Assembly: GCA_964016885.1 (NCBI GenBank)
Contig: OZ024741.1
Coordinates: 108,748,001 to 108,812,000, forward strand
Length of the DNA: 64,000 nt
Reading direction: 5' to 3'
From: Eledone cirrhosa
Lineage: Eukaryota
The first letter of the stretch is position 1. Each line of letters begins with the position of its first letter. Both the position numbers and the translations under genes were made by a program. Below the pieces are notes generated by a model, which saw only the letters and a list, made by a program, of their open reading frames with translations, searched no databases and was not told the DNA's origin. Of this stretch, positions 32,616-48,762 are shown piece by piece.

Positions 32616-33376
32616 GGCATACGAGGAAGCGGACGTCAATCCGGATGGCGATCGCTGGTCCAAGGGAACAGACACCATACATTGTTGACTATGTATGCCC
32701 TGTGGGGTAAGTCGACATAATCTATGCTGCCTATCGGACTCTTAACGTCATCTTAAGCAACGACATCGCAGGAGCCGGGACACGGTGGCCCAACTTCCAT
32801 GGATATTCAGTCTCATACCATACATCAATAGGGCACTCTATCTCACCCACAGTGACATACTCCATTATAGCACTGTTCATGCACTCCTTTCATATGTATC
32901 TTTTCAGTAGTTTGTGCATATTCTCCACGCATTTCATTATGTAACACCTCATCTATTTTTCCATGTACAGCCCAATGTGTATATTAATATACTTTTCTTT
33001 ATATTTCTGATATATTTTTTATATATTCTGCATACATTTCCTATATATGGTCTGGGCATGCCCTTTACATTGCTACCATGAGACCCCATATGTAGTTTTG
33101 CTCGCAACATAATACCAACTCTGTCAGCATGTACATCAAGGTGTATTTATCATGCACAGCCTAATGTGTATCTTTATATACTTTTCTCATATATTTATTA
33201 CATTTTTTCATGTGTGTGTGTATATATATATATACATTTATATATGTAAGAGTATATGTGTAAGTGTGTGTGTACGCATATGGGTGAGTGTGTGTGTGTG
33301 TGGCTGTATGTGTCTACACACGTGTAGAGGGACAAATATGTAGATGTATATACAGTATATATATATATATATATAT

Positions 33377-33747
33377 TTGGGTTTGTTGGTTCACCACTGG
33401 ATAGTACTGGTCATTCTGTGTGGTCAACCTCGATGTAAAATTATGGAGAGCACTCAACGTAACGCAACTCACCCGTCTTCTTTCGTGTAGTTGGTGGTGC
33501 GAGTACGGAGTTAATTATTATAAAATAACTGGAGGGCGGCCGACAGAGGCAGAAGCTGCTAAATTGCCGGTCACCCTCCTGTCTCTGATTTTCAGCACCA
33601 TGGATTTTTATCTGTTATATTCCTTCGTTATATTTTGAATTACCTGATGATGTCACCGGATTCATATTGAACACGGTCATTGAAATGATCATAGTAAAAT
33701 AAACCTTGCAAGGATTTACACCAGTCTAGCCTCCTGTTATTTTATAA
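33377..33747. mobile_element. Tailed inverted pLTR-like element in (TA)n with HHR 33640-33697 (+); related fragment ~51401-51605
   Basis: ttac-CTGATGA-stem II-GAAA-tgatca-TA-gtaa; tail on the left with GTTGAGTGCT on the minus strand. Confidence 0.8.
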
Positions 33748-34239
33748 TATATATATATATATACGAGTGCTTATATGTTTCTGTGGGTACATGTGTGAAG
33801 GTACGCACTCGAGCCACTCTATATGTGTCTGTCCGTGTCTCAGTTCATGTGTGTGTGCGGGCGTGTGGGAGTGAGAACAAGCAAACACACCAGTAATTTT
33901 GCCGATGGGACTCTGGGTGAGTGACTGCTCACGCCGCGATAGTCAATGGGCTGCTCCCAGTGGTCAGAATTATGATGACTTCACTAACCAGTGACCAACC
34001 CAAGGACGCGTAAACAGGATGAAGGTGGGCGATATAGATCCGTAGGGTTAGGTCGATCCACACACAGATCGCTCCTCGAGCGGTTCGTCGGGGAAACACT
34101 TGTAATGCGCAATAAATTGAGTTCCGGTGCATCACTGATTTTTCGTTTTCCATTCTATCATACTCTGCTCTGTAGGAACATAGAGTGCTGAACCGGCATA
34201 CCGCCTATGGACGCATCTGAGCTGCCATAAGACACACAC

Positions 34240-34290
<51 letters not shown>

Positions 34291-34431
34291 ACGAAGGAGG
34301 TGTGGTAAGGAACCAGATGGACCATAACGCACCAGAGTACTCAATACTTAAGTTAGTATAGTGGATAATAAGAAAATGTTAAATCCCGACATCAGAGCTC
34401 AAGCCGTTTCGACGGCTATTTCTGGACATAC

Positions 34432-34617
<186 letters not shown>

Positions 34618-34631
34618 TCAGTGTGAAGTCC

Positions 34632-35510
34632 AAAGGTCATTATTGTAAGTCTTTGCTCTTCACAAAATACATAATATTTTATATTAGAGAAGGTAAGATA
34701 TTTTTCCGCAATATTTTGATTGCACTGATTTGTTTCAACTCATGTATTTTTTGAAAATGTTATTTATTCGTTATAAAAATTAAATGATAGCATTTTATAT
34801 GTAGGTGGGTCCCCTTCATCTGGCAACCAATATTTTTAGACCTAGTCCGCCACTGTATATATATATATTTATATGCAATACCAATCATGGTAAGTTTGAA
34901 TCTAACTGACATGCAAAAACATATATATAGGAATAAGGTAAGCCCAAATCATAGTAGATTCAAATATCACATAGAGAAAGAGAGCGGGTGGGGAAATGAG
35001 GTGGAAGACAAATGAAACATGGATTACAGGTTAAAATGTTGTCTAGATAGATGAGAAACAAAACGAGTATGTAGTATATGGAACACCCAAATGATTTAGA
35101 AGTCGACCTTAAGTAGGAGCAATAATATGAATAACACAACATTTAGTTTTGGAAATTTTGAAAGTAGGTTTATAAGTATGAATTTTCATAAGAGTTTCGT
35201 AGTTGTCTCTGTGGTCTAGCGGTACGGAATCGTCACGGCTGAGATCCTAGCCTTGGGTTCAATCCTGTTCTGAAAAATTTTACAACCTATAGAAAAAACA
35301 GAAAATATTTACGGACCAGGATTAAACCTCAGACAAATATCACCACCATCTATGATTCGTACAACTAGGCCACCGAAACAGCTACAAAAGTATAATAAAA
35401 ATTGATGATTATAAACCTACTTTTAAAATCAAAGTTAAAAAGATGTGTTGTCATTCTTGGCTTTCCTAGAGCTATTAGTAATATTTAGGTAATATTTAGG
35501 GTCGACTTGT
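34632..35510. repeat. Diverged repeat with a ~410 bp imperfect inverted repeat (35100-35508) containing tRNA-like segments; permuted second copy 38750-39585
   Basis: Termini aagtcgacctta/tagggtcgactt; A/B-box-like gtggtctagcggta...gggttcaatcc. Confidence 0.65.
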
Positions 35511-35597
35511 CAATCTTCTGGCCGTTTGGTAACAACCTTATTATTCTTATGTGTGTTTAACTGCTGAATTGATTTAGTTTCATTATTTTAGCAAACA

Positions 35598-37527
<1,930 letters not shown>

Positions 37528-37544
37528 ATATATATATATATATA

Positions 37545-37614
37545 TAAATATAAGTATGTATACGTACATACATATATGTATACAGACGTACAGTAGTATG
37601 TATATACATACATG

Positions 37615-37671
<57 letters not shown>

Positions 37672-38696
37672 GTGTGTGTGTGTACGTATGGTTTTACCGA
37701 ACATTTATCATAATGCTCTCTTTGTTTGTAAACAAACAGCCCGAATTATTAGCCGTACAGTGTTCGGCAACCATCATTGCCATTTTGTTCAACACTGACA
37801 AAGGAACGATCAACTAGTTTCTAGCTTATTAGCTGTCATCAGCACCGTATACCTTCCTGTCAGTCAATTGAACATTTTGAAAGTATATACTTTCCTTATG
37901 CATATTAACGGCTGAGCAGGCTAATTTGCATATCGAGTGAGTTAGTCGGCCGGGCGTACCGAAAACGATAAACGGAAAAAATGAAATTTCATTTCTCACT
38001 CATAGTACGGCTGATACTTAAATATAAGTATGTATACGTACATACGTATAAGTATACAGACGTACAGTAGTATGTATATACATACATGCACACATATATA
38101 CATATATATATGTACGTATGGATTTACCGAACATTTATCATAATGCTCGGTTTGTTTGTAAACAAACAGCCAGAATTATTAGCCTTACAGTGTATATGTA
38201 CGTATACATACTTGTATTTAAGTATCAGCCGTACTAAGAGTGAGAAATGAAATTTCATTTTTTTCCGTTTATCATTTTCGGTACGCCCGGCCGACTAACT
38301 CACTCGATATGCAAATTAGGTTGCTCAGCCGTTAATATGCATAAAGAAAGTATATACTTTCAAAGGTTCAATTGACTGACAGGAAGGTATACGTGCTGAT
38401 GACAGCTAATAAGCTAGAAACTAGTTTATCGTTCCGTTGTTAGTGTTGAACAAAATGGCAACGATGTTTGCCGAACTGTGTACGGTTAATAATTCGGGCC
38501 GTTTGTTTACAAACAAACCAAGCATTATGATAAATGTTCGGTAAATCCATACGTACATATATATATATGTAAATATGTGTGCATGTATATATATACATAC
38601 TACTGTACGTCTGTATACATATAAGTATGTACGTATACATACTTATATTTAAGTATCAGCCGTACTAAGAGTGAGAAATGAAATTTCATTTTTTCC

Positions 38697-38698
<2 letters not shown>
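37545..38698. mobile_element. Head-to-head inverted array of ~430 bp units, each arm slightly over one unit; HHRs 37806-37848 (-) and 38391-38432 (+)
   Basis: acg(g)tg-CTGATGA-cagct aata agcta-GAAA-ctag-TT-(g/t)atcgt; inversion point ~38192. Confidence 0.85.
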
Positions 38699-38753
<55 letters not shown>

Positions 38754-39586
38754 GCCAATCATTGTAAGTTTGAATCTGACATGCAAAAACACATATATAT
38801 GTATAAAGTATTCAAAGATTCACATTTCACACGGAGAGAGAGGGGTGGGAGGGGGATGGTAGAGAGAGAGCGAGAGGAAGAAAGAGAAGGAATAGGCAGA
38901 AATGACGTGCAACAGAAAGGAAACATGGATTACATGTTAAAATATAGTCTAGATAGATGTGAAACACAACGAGGATGTAGTTCATGGAACACCTAAATGA
39001 TTTATAAGTCGACCTTAAGTAGGAGCAATAATATGAACGACACCACAACACTTCGTTTTGACAATTTTGAAAGTAGGTTTATATCAATCCTGGTCAAGAG
39101 GTACATGTAACATTTATCAGTTTTTATTTTACAACCTAGAGAAAAATACTGAAAATGTTTACTGAGAATCCTACTCCCGACCAGGATCGACGTTCAGACC
39201 AGGTTTATCATCGTCTATGATCTAACTAGGACACCGAGATAGCTACAACAGTATAATGAACATTGATAATTATAAACCTACTTTCAAAATCAAAGTTTAA
39301 AAGTTGTGGTTTCATTCATGGCATTCCTAAAGCTATTAGTAATATTTAGAGTCAACTTCTGGTCATTATTGTAAGTCTCTGGATTTCGCAAATACATAAT
39401 ATTTTCTATTGGAGAAGGTAAGATATTTTTCAGCAAAAATTTGATTGCACTGTTTTGTTTCCACTTATGTATTTTTCGAGAATTTTATTTATTCATTATA
39501 AAAAATTAAATGATAGCATTCTATATGTAGGTGGGCCCCCTTCAACTCCTTGCAACCAATATTTTTAGACCCAGTCCACCACTGTA

Positions 39587-39732
<146 letters not shown>

Positions 39733-41319
39733 AGGGAGAGGTGTATGTGTAGCATGTGTGTGTGTGTAACATTCTAAGTTAACTATTAAAACACTAGGTA
39801 AATAAATTCTTTTTTAGGAATTGTAGATATCCAAAACCCAGGATGGACGGCAACACTCATCGTTTGCCCTAACTAAGAACCTAGAAAGTCGTATAAAACA
39901 ACCATATAGACAGGAAAATGGGTCCGCTATGAAGAATAGATTTCCATGTCTCCCAAATCTAGGTCGAATATTCTAACCATGGAGCTAAACGACCTCTGAC
40001 GTCACATCCCATCTAAATCAGAGGCGATATGATGAGCTTAGGTGCAAAGAACAGTCTATGTAATCCATCGAATCTTTCATCATCGAAATTATCATCAAGA
40101 AAATCGTATCCTGATCAACGAACACCCGAGGAATCCGTGACAGAACATTCAAGATTCGTTAATTTCTATCAATGGCATTCACTCAAACGGTACAGACATG
40201 GAAATAGACGAGAGTCTATAAAGGTTTTTTATGATAGAGTCTATATAGATTTGATGAAGTTTATATAGACTTTGCATGATGAACACTTGAGGGCGATGCT
40301 CATTTGCATATGATAAATAGAAAACATCGGCTGGAATCAGTGCTGTCAAGCATTCTTGACTACCACAAACATATCTGCTGTGTTTCCAAAGAGCCAAGGA
40401 GAGAAAAATGATTTTTTTGTGTCGAAAATATTTTCTATTGAATAAGGAGGCTCTCATATGTTTATTGTATATAAATATATAGTATATGGTTTCAGCTATA
40501 ACCCAATTATTCTTACCGATGTCTTAAAGCTACTGCCAACTAATTATAATCAGCCAAGTCCCCACTATAGGCCAACGAGCATTCCTGTCGATGTTTTCTA
40601 TTTGCTATCCGCAAATGAGCATATGTAGCAAATGTTCATCGTGCAAAATCTATATCACCTCAAGTCTATGTTCATTTCAATACCAGTTGAATGAATGTTA
40701 CTAATGAGTGATTAACGAATCATGAAATAGCGCTGGCTGCCATTCTGGAATGCTACTAACATATATTTGGCATGTTCGCAGAGCAAAAGGAAGAACAATT
40801 ATCTTTTCGTAACGAAAAATGTTATCTTTGATAGAGAGTCTCTTATATGTTTATTTTATATAATCTTACAGTATATGTATTTATATACAACCCATTATAC
40901 TTATCACTATCTTAGTTCTACTGCCAATATATAAATAAGATTTTTCCAAACGCCCTTTCTCCGATGTTTGCTATTTCTCTCAATATCATCAAGATGCAAG
41001 ATGGTGTTGGACAGAACAAAGGAGGGACACAAAATAAAAACCTAGTCACTGAGAAGGTCACAGATTGTGTGACAAAAGAGCTTTGACACTATATAAACAA
41101 CCATCCTGTTATCCCACCAACCAACCGGAAATTTATAATAAATTGAAGTCAATAGCAACAGGTGCATGGGTTTTTATTGGCAGCATAACCTTCCCAAAGT
41201 ATAACAATATCTGTTTCAACACACATTTTGAGATAAGTAATCTTGCAAAAGAAATTAAACAACGAAGTATATATATATATGTATACATACATAGACACTC
41301 ACACACAAACAGACACACA

Positions 41320-41364
<45 letters not shown>

Positions 41365-41366
41365 AC

Positions 41367-42895
41367 ATATTTCGATGATAGCCATTGAATGGCTATGACC
41401 TCATCAGGCAATTAGTCAGTTCTTAGATATACCAGCTCTGTGTTTATGTGTTGATGGTATCAGAGCCTTGGGACATATGAGCTTGTTAGGAATAATTTAA
41501 TGTTGTCAGCAGGAATAGTCTTAATTCTCATTGGTCAGTTTGTAGATGATAGTAGGGTTGGTATTTGACATCAAAGAGGCAGGTGGTGTTGTAAAGTTCA
41601 AACCGTCAGGCAAGATGACAATAGTTCCATATGACTGATTTTCACAAAAAGCATTCCTGGTTAGATATATATTCAATTGAGGTTAATAGTATGAAATTCG
41701 ATACTACAGGTCTTTCTTAAATTGAGGAATTTATGTGGAGTGGTACTACTGAAAATTTTGGGGTTGGAGTAGAATACTAGAAAATTTACAAATAAAATGA
41801 AAAGACTTATGTAGGTTGACTTGCACATACACTCACACCCACCCCCACAGACACACACATCCACACATACAAATTGAGGAATTAGTGTGGGGTGGTGATA
41901 CTGAAAATTATAGTTAGAGTCAAATACTTAGAAAGTCTAGAATTTTAGAAATAAAAAGACTTATGTTGGTTGACTTGTACATACACTCACACCTACCCCA
42001 TCAGACACACACACATCTACACACCCAAATCCATACAGGTGTGTATATATATATATGTACGCACAAGTGCATATATATATATATATATACAACAGAGGCC
42101 CCCAAATCCAAGTATAAGGCAGACATAAAACTAGGTGGGTGTTTTTTTAAAGAAAAGTAAAGTGGGTGTTTGGAAAAGTTATTGTTTAGACTAGACAAAA
42201 GTAGAGCGTGATATATATCTTCACAGCAATAACTTGGGGACTTTGGAGCTTAGGCGAATCCATTAGTACAGACACACATACCCACCCACACTTTTATACT
42301 TCTGGATACGCGTGTATGTCTATATACACATATGCACTCATACAAGAGAGCATATACAAATATACTCTTAAGCATACACTTGAACATTTTTCAAATGCGA
42401 CCTGGGGTATTAGTATTTTGTTGCGTTCACATGAGTGTGTACATTCACGTAATCCCAGTATACACACACAATGCACGGTTGCCGGCACTCATTCATGCGT
42501 ATAGGGTTAGTACCTTGGGATAATTGTTCTTCCTGTGTGGGCCACTACCGGAGGGGAGGTCCTCAGGTTCAATAAACGTGGTATTGTTGTCTCCTAACCA
42601 GTAGAGTGTCCGGTGGACAATCCACCGTAGGGGGGTGGGGGCGTGTGGCAGGCCTTAACCGGGGTTTATCCATATCGCTTGAGGAAAATTTCCGTCCTTA
42701 GGTGTCTGCAGGCACCGAATAAGTCGGCCCTTCTGTTTAATAGCTTGGTTCCGCCATGAAGTATCTCGAGTGTCTCACTAAGACAGAGGTTGCAAATACC
42801 AGACCCGCCTCTGTCTGGGGAACCTTTATAACCACGGACCAGACCAGAGAGTGCGGGGTCTTTTCAAGTTTTTCTATTCTGTTAAAGGAATGGCG

Positions 42896-42897
<2 letters not shown>
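41367..42897 (-). mobile_element. Naiad-like PLE 3' remnant (ORF end ~42670-42897) with truncated HHR motif downstream (41367-41410)
   Basis: Manual translation ICNLCLSETLEILHGGTKLLNRRADLFGACRH; tgc-CTGATGA-ggtcatagcca ttcaa tggctatcatc-GAAA-tat, related to the 964-1018 HHR. Confidence 0.75.
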
Positions 42898-42943
<46 letters not shown>

Positions 42944-42988
42944 GTGTGTGTGTTTGTTCTTATATTGTATATGTGTGTGGGTGTGTGA

Positions 42989-43029
<41 letters not shown>

Positions 43030-43769
43030 ATCATCCCCCACTTGTTTATTTAATTTATTTTATTTATATCCTCCCCCATTTTCTGTCATACACACATACA
43101 CACCCACCATTCTGTCCACCTTTCTTAACCCTTTTTAACTCACTACCCAGATCACTTTATGAACACATACATTTTACCCAGATTGATTTATAAACACATA
43201 CCTTTTACCGCAAAAATTATTTCCCAATTGTTTATTTTATGTATACCCTCCCCCATTTTCTGTCAAACATTTAACGCATACACACCCACCACCTTCTTTC
43301 TGTCCACCTTTCTTAACCCCCCCCCCCTTTTTTTGAGATCCTGAACACGTCTTCCCCCTTCTTTAACCTTTCCATGATCTACAACAAATAACACTCACAT
43401 AGTCACATTATACACATATCATTTGTCATACCCTATCACTACCATTATCCCTTTTTCTTTCTCCCTATTAGTTATACTCTATCTACACACACCCTTACAT
43501 TCCATAATTTTTTTTTACGTGAACCCTATTTCTACTTTTCAGATATATTCATCGTTACCTATGAATATGTTTATGTATGTATACATTTTTGTATGTATTT
43601 ATTTATAATTGCGTGTGTATTCTCACTTATTTGTGCAATTATATATGGTTTGTCATAAGTATGTGTGTATGTACGTATGCGTGTATATATATATATATAG
43701 AGAGAGAGAGAGATAGATAGATAGATAAATATACACGAGTGTGTATGATTGTGTATAGAAGATTATATA

Positions 43770-44147
43770 AATAAAAGGAATTCCAACTTTGTCTGATTTA
43801 CTCGTTTTATTTACAATCCTTTAAAATTTATAATGGTATTATAATGAAATAGTATGATAGAATATTAAATGTTAAGTGTTAATTGAACAAGTACTTTCAT
43901 GCTTTCGCAATCTTCAGGTTCATAATGTGTGGTGATAGTCAAGTTTGCAATTTTCAACTGTGAAAATTGCAAACTTGACTGTCACCACACATTATGAACC
44001 TGAAGATTGCGAAAGCATGAAAGTACTTGTTCAATAAACACTTAACATTTAATATTCTATCATACTATTTCATTATAATACCATTATAAATTTTAAAGGA
44101 TTGTACATAAAACGAGTAAATCAGACAAAGTTGGCATTCCTTTTATT
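43770..44147. mobile_element. ~380 bp palindrome with intact minimal HHR in both arms (43884-43922 -, 43995-44033 +)
   Basis: tgaac-CTGAAGA-ttgc gaaa gcat-GAAA-gtac-TT-gttca. Confidence 0.9.
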
Positions 44148-44397
44148 AATATATATATATATATATGCACACAAACACATGCTACGCACGTGCTCAATTA
44201 TAGCTCTTTTTACAAAACGTTTTTTTTTCCATTTCAGGCAGACGCACTACTTTTCTAAAAAACAAATCATACACAAAACGCCAGCACCAACAGTTTTGCA
44301 AGAGATGTCAATATGAATGTACCTGTTATTTTTAACTAAAGACATTTTCTCCAATTCCATCCCCCCGTCCCCTCAATCTATTTTATTTCTCATTCTT

Positions 44398-44433
44398 TCT
44401 TCTGATGAAGGACAAGCGTCCGAAAGGTTAAGA
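44398..44433 (+). ncRNA. Decayed minimal HHR motif
   Basis: tctt-CTGATGA-aggac aagc gtcc-GAAA-gg-TT-aaga. Confidence 0.55.
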
Positions 44434-44520
44434 CCCTCTTCCTGCTATATCAAGCGTTAACCTCATATATCCCTTCCATATGCTGTACCGATTGTGTTGT
44501 TATTTCTGTTTACCTTTTAC

Positions 44521-44569
<49 letters not shown>

Positions 44570-44646
44570 TGTGTGTGTTTGTTCTTATATTGTATTGTGT
44601 GTCGGTGTGAGAGTATATTCTTACCCTTATACTTGTGTATATCTGC

Positions 44647-44709
<63 letters not shown>

Positions 44710-44817
44710 CTTATGAGTATGTATGTATGTGTATGTACATATGTATGGTATGTAATTGTAAGTGTATATTTAATCTAATATGTGTCTATTGCGAGAGCCT
44801 GTATATATGTGTATGTA

Positions 44818-44865
<48 letters not shown>

Positions 44866-44868
<3 letters not shown>

Positions 44869-45179
44869 CCAAATATTAATATGGTTTGTTGATTACTCAA
44901 TGAATACAATTTTACAATAGATTAAAAGCACTCAACAAGATAGTTTTCCTGGAGTTTTTAATATTATTCAAAATATTAATAAATGAACGATATTCACATA
45001 ATTAAAATTATTATATATATATCAAAGGTACTGTGTTGTTTTTTCAGTACGTCTTCATCGGATAATATTTTATCTGATGAAGACGTACTGAAAAAACAAC
45101 ACAGTACCTTTGAAATATATACAATGAAGCATATATTTTGATTATGTGAATATCTTTCATTTGTTAATATTTTGATTTG

Positions 45180-45185
<6 letters not shown>
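44866..45185 (-). mobile_element. Tailed fold-back element with decayed HHRs (plus-strand core 45074-45115)
   Basis: Palindrome centred ~45066; CTGATGA-agacgtactg...cagtaccttt-GAAA-tatata-CA; tail motif at 44927-44936. Confidence 0.78.
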
Positions 45186-45251
<66 letters not shown>

Positions 45252-45252
<1 letters not shown>

Positions 45253-45505
45253 GAGGTTATATTTAATTTATTGGGATACAACAAGCTAAAATATTTTTAT
45301 AACTGATATAAAGCACTCAACAAGTTATTGGAGTAAATATACAATATATTAACAATTGGAAACTATATTTATAAAACCATATTTATTTTATTATACATAT
45401 TTCAAGGGCCACCAAGGCATAATCTGCCTTGGTGGCCCTTGACATATGTATAATGAAATAAATACAGTTTTATAAATATAGTTTCCATTTGTTAATATAT
45501 TGTAT
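45252..45505 (-). mobile_element. Tailed fold-back copy of the 35695 family, folded at HHR stem II
   Basis: Homologous to 35695-35860; palindrome centre aagggccaccaaggca-taatc-tgccttggtggccctt. Confidence 0.82.
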
Positions 45506-45882
45506 ATATATATATATAATTATTTCCCTGTTTTTGTCAACCCTTGTATTTTAGATACGTAGCGTGCCCGTTCATTTTTATTTTTATTTTTAATCTTATT
45601 TAAAATTTTTTTTTTTTTGCCTCTCAATCAGCCACTGAACTATATCGAAGTAATTGTAAGTGTGTGTATTATATAATGTATATATGTTTATATGTGTGTG
45701 TATATGTATTCAGATACATGTGTGTGTGCGTGTGTGTTCATATATGCATGTATGTATATGTATGTGTGCGTGTATATATAATTATATATATATGTGTGTG
45801 TATATATATCCATATGTATGTGTGTGCATGCATGTGTATATGTATAAGTATGTGTGCGTGTATGTATATATGTGCGTGTGTG

Positions 45883-45922
<40 letters not shown>

Positions 45923-47359
45923 CTAGCAGTGTATCCCGGCGTTGAACGGGTAAGAACATTGGTAATAGCACCTCCAGTGAGAAACCTTTATTTGTGAGTG
46001 CCTGTTAAAAACTAACGAAGATATACCGACTGGAAACTTGTTTTATTTGGAGAAAATTAAGAAGTTGAAAGTAGTTTAGCTGTCTACGTGCATTGTTCAT
46101 AGAAATACTGTTGAGTCCCTTCTTTTCATACTCCTCTGTTTTGGCCTGTTGGAGTAAATGTGAAAGAGAGAGGGTTAGGTTAAGTTGGCAGAAGGTTCCA
46201 GTGCAATAGTAGTAAGGCGTAGGCTACTTACCTCAAAAGTTAATTCGCACTCTTTCCACTAAGTTACACTTTCTCTCTATCCCTGTCGGTGCAGTCCCTT
46301 GCGAATTTCTTGCGTACGCCTGGTGTAGATTAGGACCCGATCCATCTGCCCGATGCACGTGTCCGCTTTGTACGGCTTTTGAAGGAAGGAGGGACCAGCG
46401 GTACGTTGTTGGGTATTATTACGAAAAGGTATAGCAGAGAATCCCGCTCGGGAGGAAACTGCTTGCCACGAAGATTCGTTCGCCATCGTTCTTGTCAAGT
46501 TGGAATTTGTTGGTCTACAGTTAAATGAATGGCGCACAAAGGGTTAATATTTATTGGAAAGAAGTGGCAACTGAGCTGGCTTGCCTCGCTCATATTATAT
46601 ATTAAAATAACGTGAAGACGTTCCCTGGCAATGAACAGAAAATAGCGAACATAATACGTCATCAATGTTTGTCATAATGTCGTAATATAGACAGCCAGAC
46701 ATCCAGACAAATATTATAAGGGCGCGACGGAGATCGATAACCAGCACCTAACACCCCTTTAACAACAGAAACTTGAAAAATAAAAGCTGCAGTAAATATC
46801 TTTTGACCGCAAGGAATATATAAATGCAAGTTTGAAGTCAATCGGAGTAGAAATGTGGATTTGTATAGACCAAAGGTTCTCAAAGGGGGGCATATGCACC
46901 CCCAAGGGGCGTTTCGGAACTCCAGAGGGGCGTTTGGGAGCAAGGTCGCGTTAGGAGGGCGTTTGGAGCTTGAGGGTGGGGGCTAGGGAGCGCTGGAAGA
47001 CTCTTTACTTTGGTAAATTTTATAAGCCATATTTCTATGACTTTGAGACAGCCAGTGTGAATGCATTTGAATGAGCTTGCAGACAGCATAACTATAGTCT
47101 GACCGCAGCTGTGAGCAGGTGTGCAGGCGTGTCTAGACATTAACCGGTAATTGAGATCCTAAAAATTAAAAACCCCGCAGTCATCTGGGTCAAGGACACT
47201 TTGAGCGCAGCCAGTTAGAATCTTATCTTTCCTTCACCGATAACAATGTATTTCATGTCTGAAATTATTGACTCAACCGTAACGAGTTAACACTATGTAG
47301 ATCTATTTCATTCCCTATTGTATAAATAATATTACAAATAAAAAAAGAAAGAAAACACA

Positions 47360-47720
47360 GAAGCGGGTAGCACACACATCTAGGACCATATAAAACACAC
47401 AAGCAGGTAATACATACATCTAGGACCACATACAACACATAAGCAGGTAATACAAACATCTAGGACCACATACAACACATAATCAGGTAGTACAAACCTC
47501 TAGAACCACATACAACACAATCAGGTAATACATACATCTAGGACCACATACAACACATAAGGAGGTAATACACACATCTAGGACCACATACAACACACAA
47601 GCAGGTAATACATACAGCTGGGACCACATGCAATACATAAGCAGGTAATACATACATCAAGGACTACATACAACATACAGACAGGTAATACATACATCTA
47701 GGACCACATACAACACACAT
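47360..47720. repeat. 40-bp minisatellite, ~9 copies, inside the hAT
   Basis: aagcaggtaatacatacatctaggaccacatacaacacat repeated head to tail. Confidence 0.95.
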
Positions 47721-47724
47721 TGTT

Positions 47725-48762
47725 TCATGTGCTACGGACGACGCAAGAGCAATAGTCGGCCAACATAAGGGCTCGTCACTCTTCTGGAGAGAGAAAATCT
47801 ATCTGTATTTGCTGTTCATTGTGTCATTCATCGACAACACTTGGCTGCGAAGAAATTCAGCAAGCCTCTGAGCAAGTCCTTGCAGGTGGCCATTGATGTC
47901 ATCAATTTTATCAAACGGCATTCCCTCAATGAACGAATTTTCCAGCAACTGTGCCAAGATAATAACGATAATTCGTCAAGTTGCTCCTTCATACTGAAGT
48001 AAGGTGGCTTTCAAAGGGCAAGTGCCTTACTCACTTCTTTGAATTGTTCGACTCTATCATTGAGTTTCTGCGAGGACGCAACACAGAACTGTACAAGAAA
48101 ACCCTCGATGTGAGGCAAGACTGTGCCTACCTCACCAACATCTTCGACAAATGCAATAGCGTCATTTTGGCTTTGCAGGGGAAGAATATCACCTTGCTTA
48201 AAGCAAGGAATGCTGTGAAAACATTCCTGGCCAAATTGTATGTCATCGAAAGGGAATTCTATAATTTTCCTAGTGTCGCCAATGTTCAAAACATTGTAAG
48301 CGATGACCAACTCCAAATTTATACCACTCACCTCCGTGCGCTACAAGACAATATGAGAGAACGGTTTGTCGACCTTTTGCCGATGGACATCCCAATGTGG
48401 ATAGCAGATGCTTTCATAGCTAACGCCGACGATTTGGACGTTAAATTTCAGGAAGAATTCATTGAACTTCAAGCAGATGACATGATCAAAATTAGATTTC
48501 CCAAAATAGGTGAACCCCTTTCGGGGATGCAAGAGGAAATTCAGCGTTGATTTCCACACCTACATGCAGAGGCTAAGAGATTTTGCCTTTTCCAAGTTCA
48601 TACTTACTCGAGAGGAGGTTTGGTGTTGTTTCCAGACTGCACAGTAAGTCTTGCAACCGCTACAACGTAATTAAACGTGGAGATCTCCGGCTACATCTTA
48701 GGAAAATTCAGCCTCACGTCAAAGAGTTAGCTAGACTCCATGAAGCTCAAGGGTCCAATTGA
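47725..48762 (+). pseudogene. Buster-type hAT transposase C-terminal half, frameshifted
   Basis: AVHCVIHRQHLAAK (CxxH); LLLHTEVRWLSKGKCL; FPSSYLLERRF; GDLRLHL. Confidence 0.93.

Noticed and set aside
35205-35270. Functional tRNA gene
   Set aside because: A/B-box-like motifs are present but no clean cloverleaf; part of a repeat
47360-47720. CRISPR-like periodic array
   Set aside because: Contiguous 40-bp units without unique spacers, eukaryotic context, no cas genes
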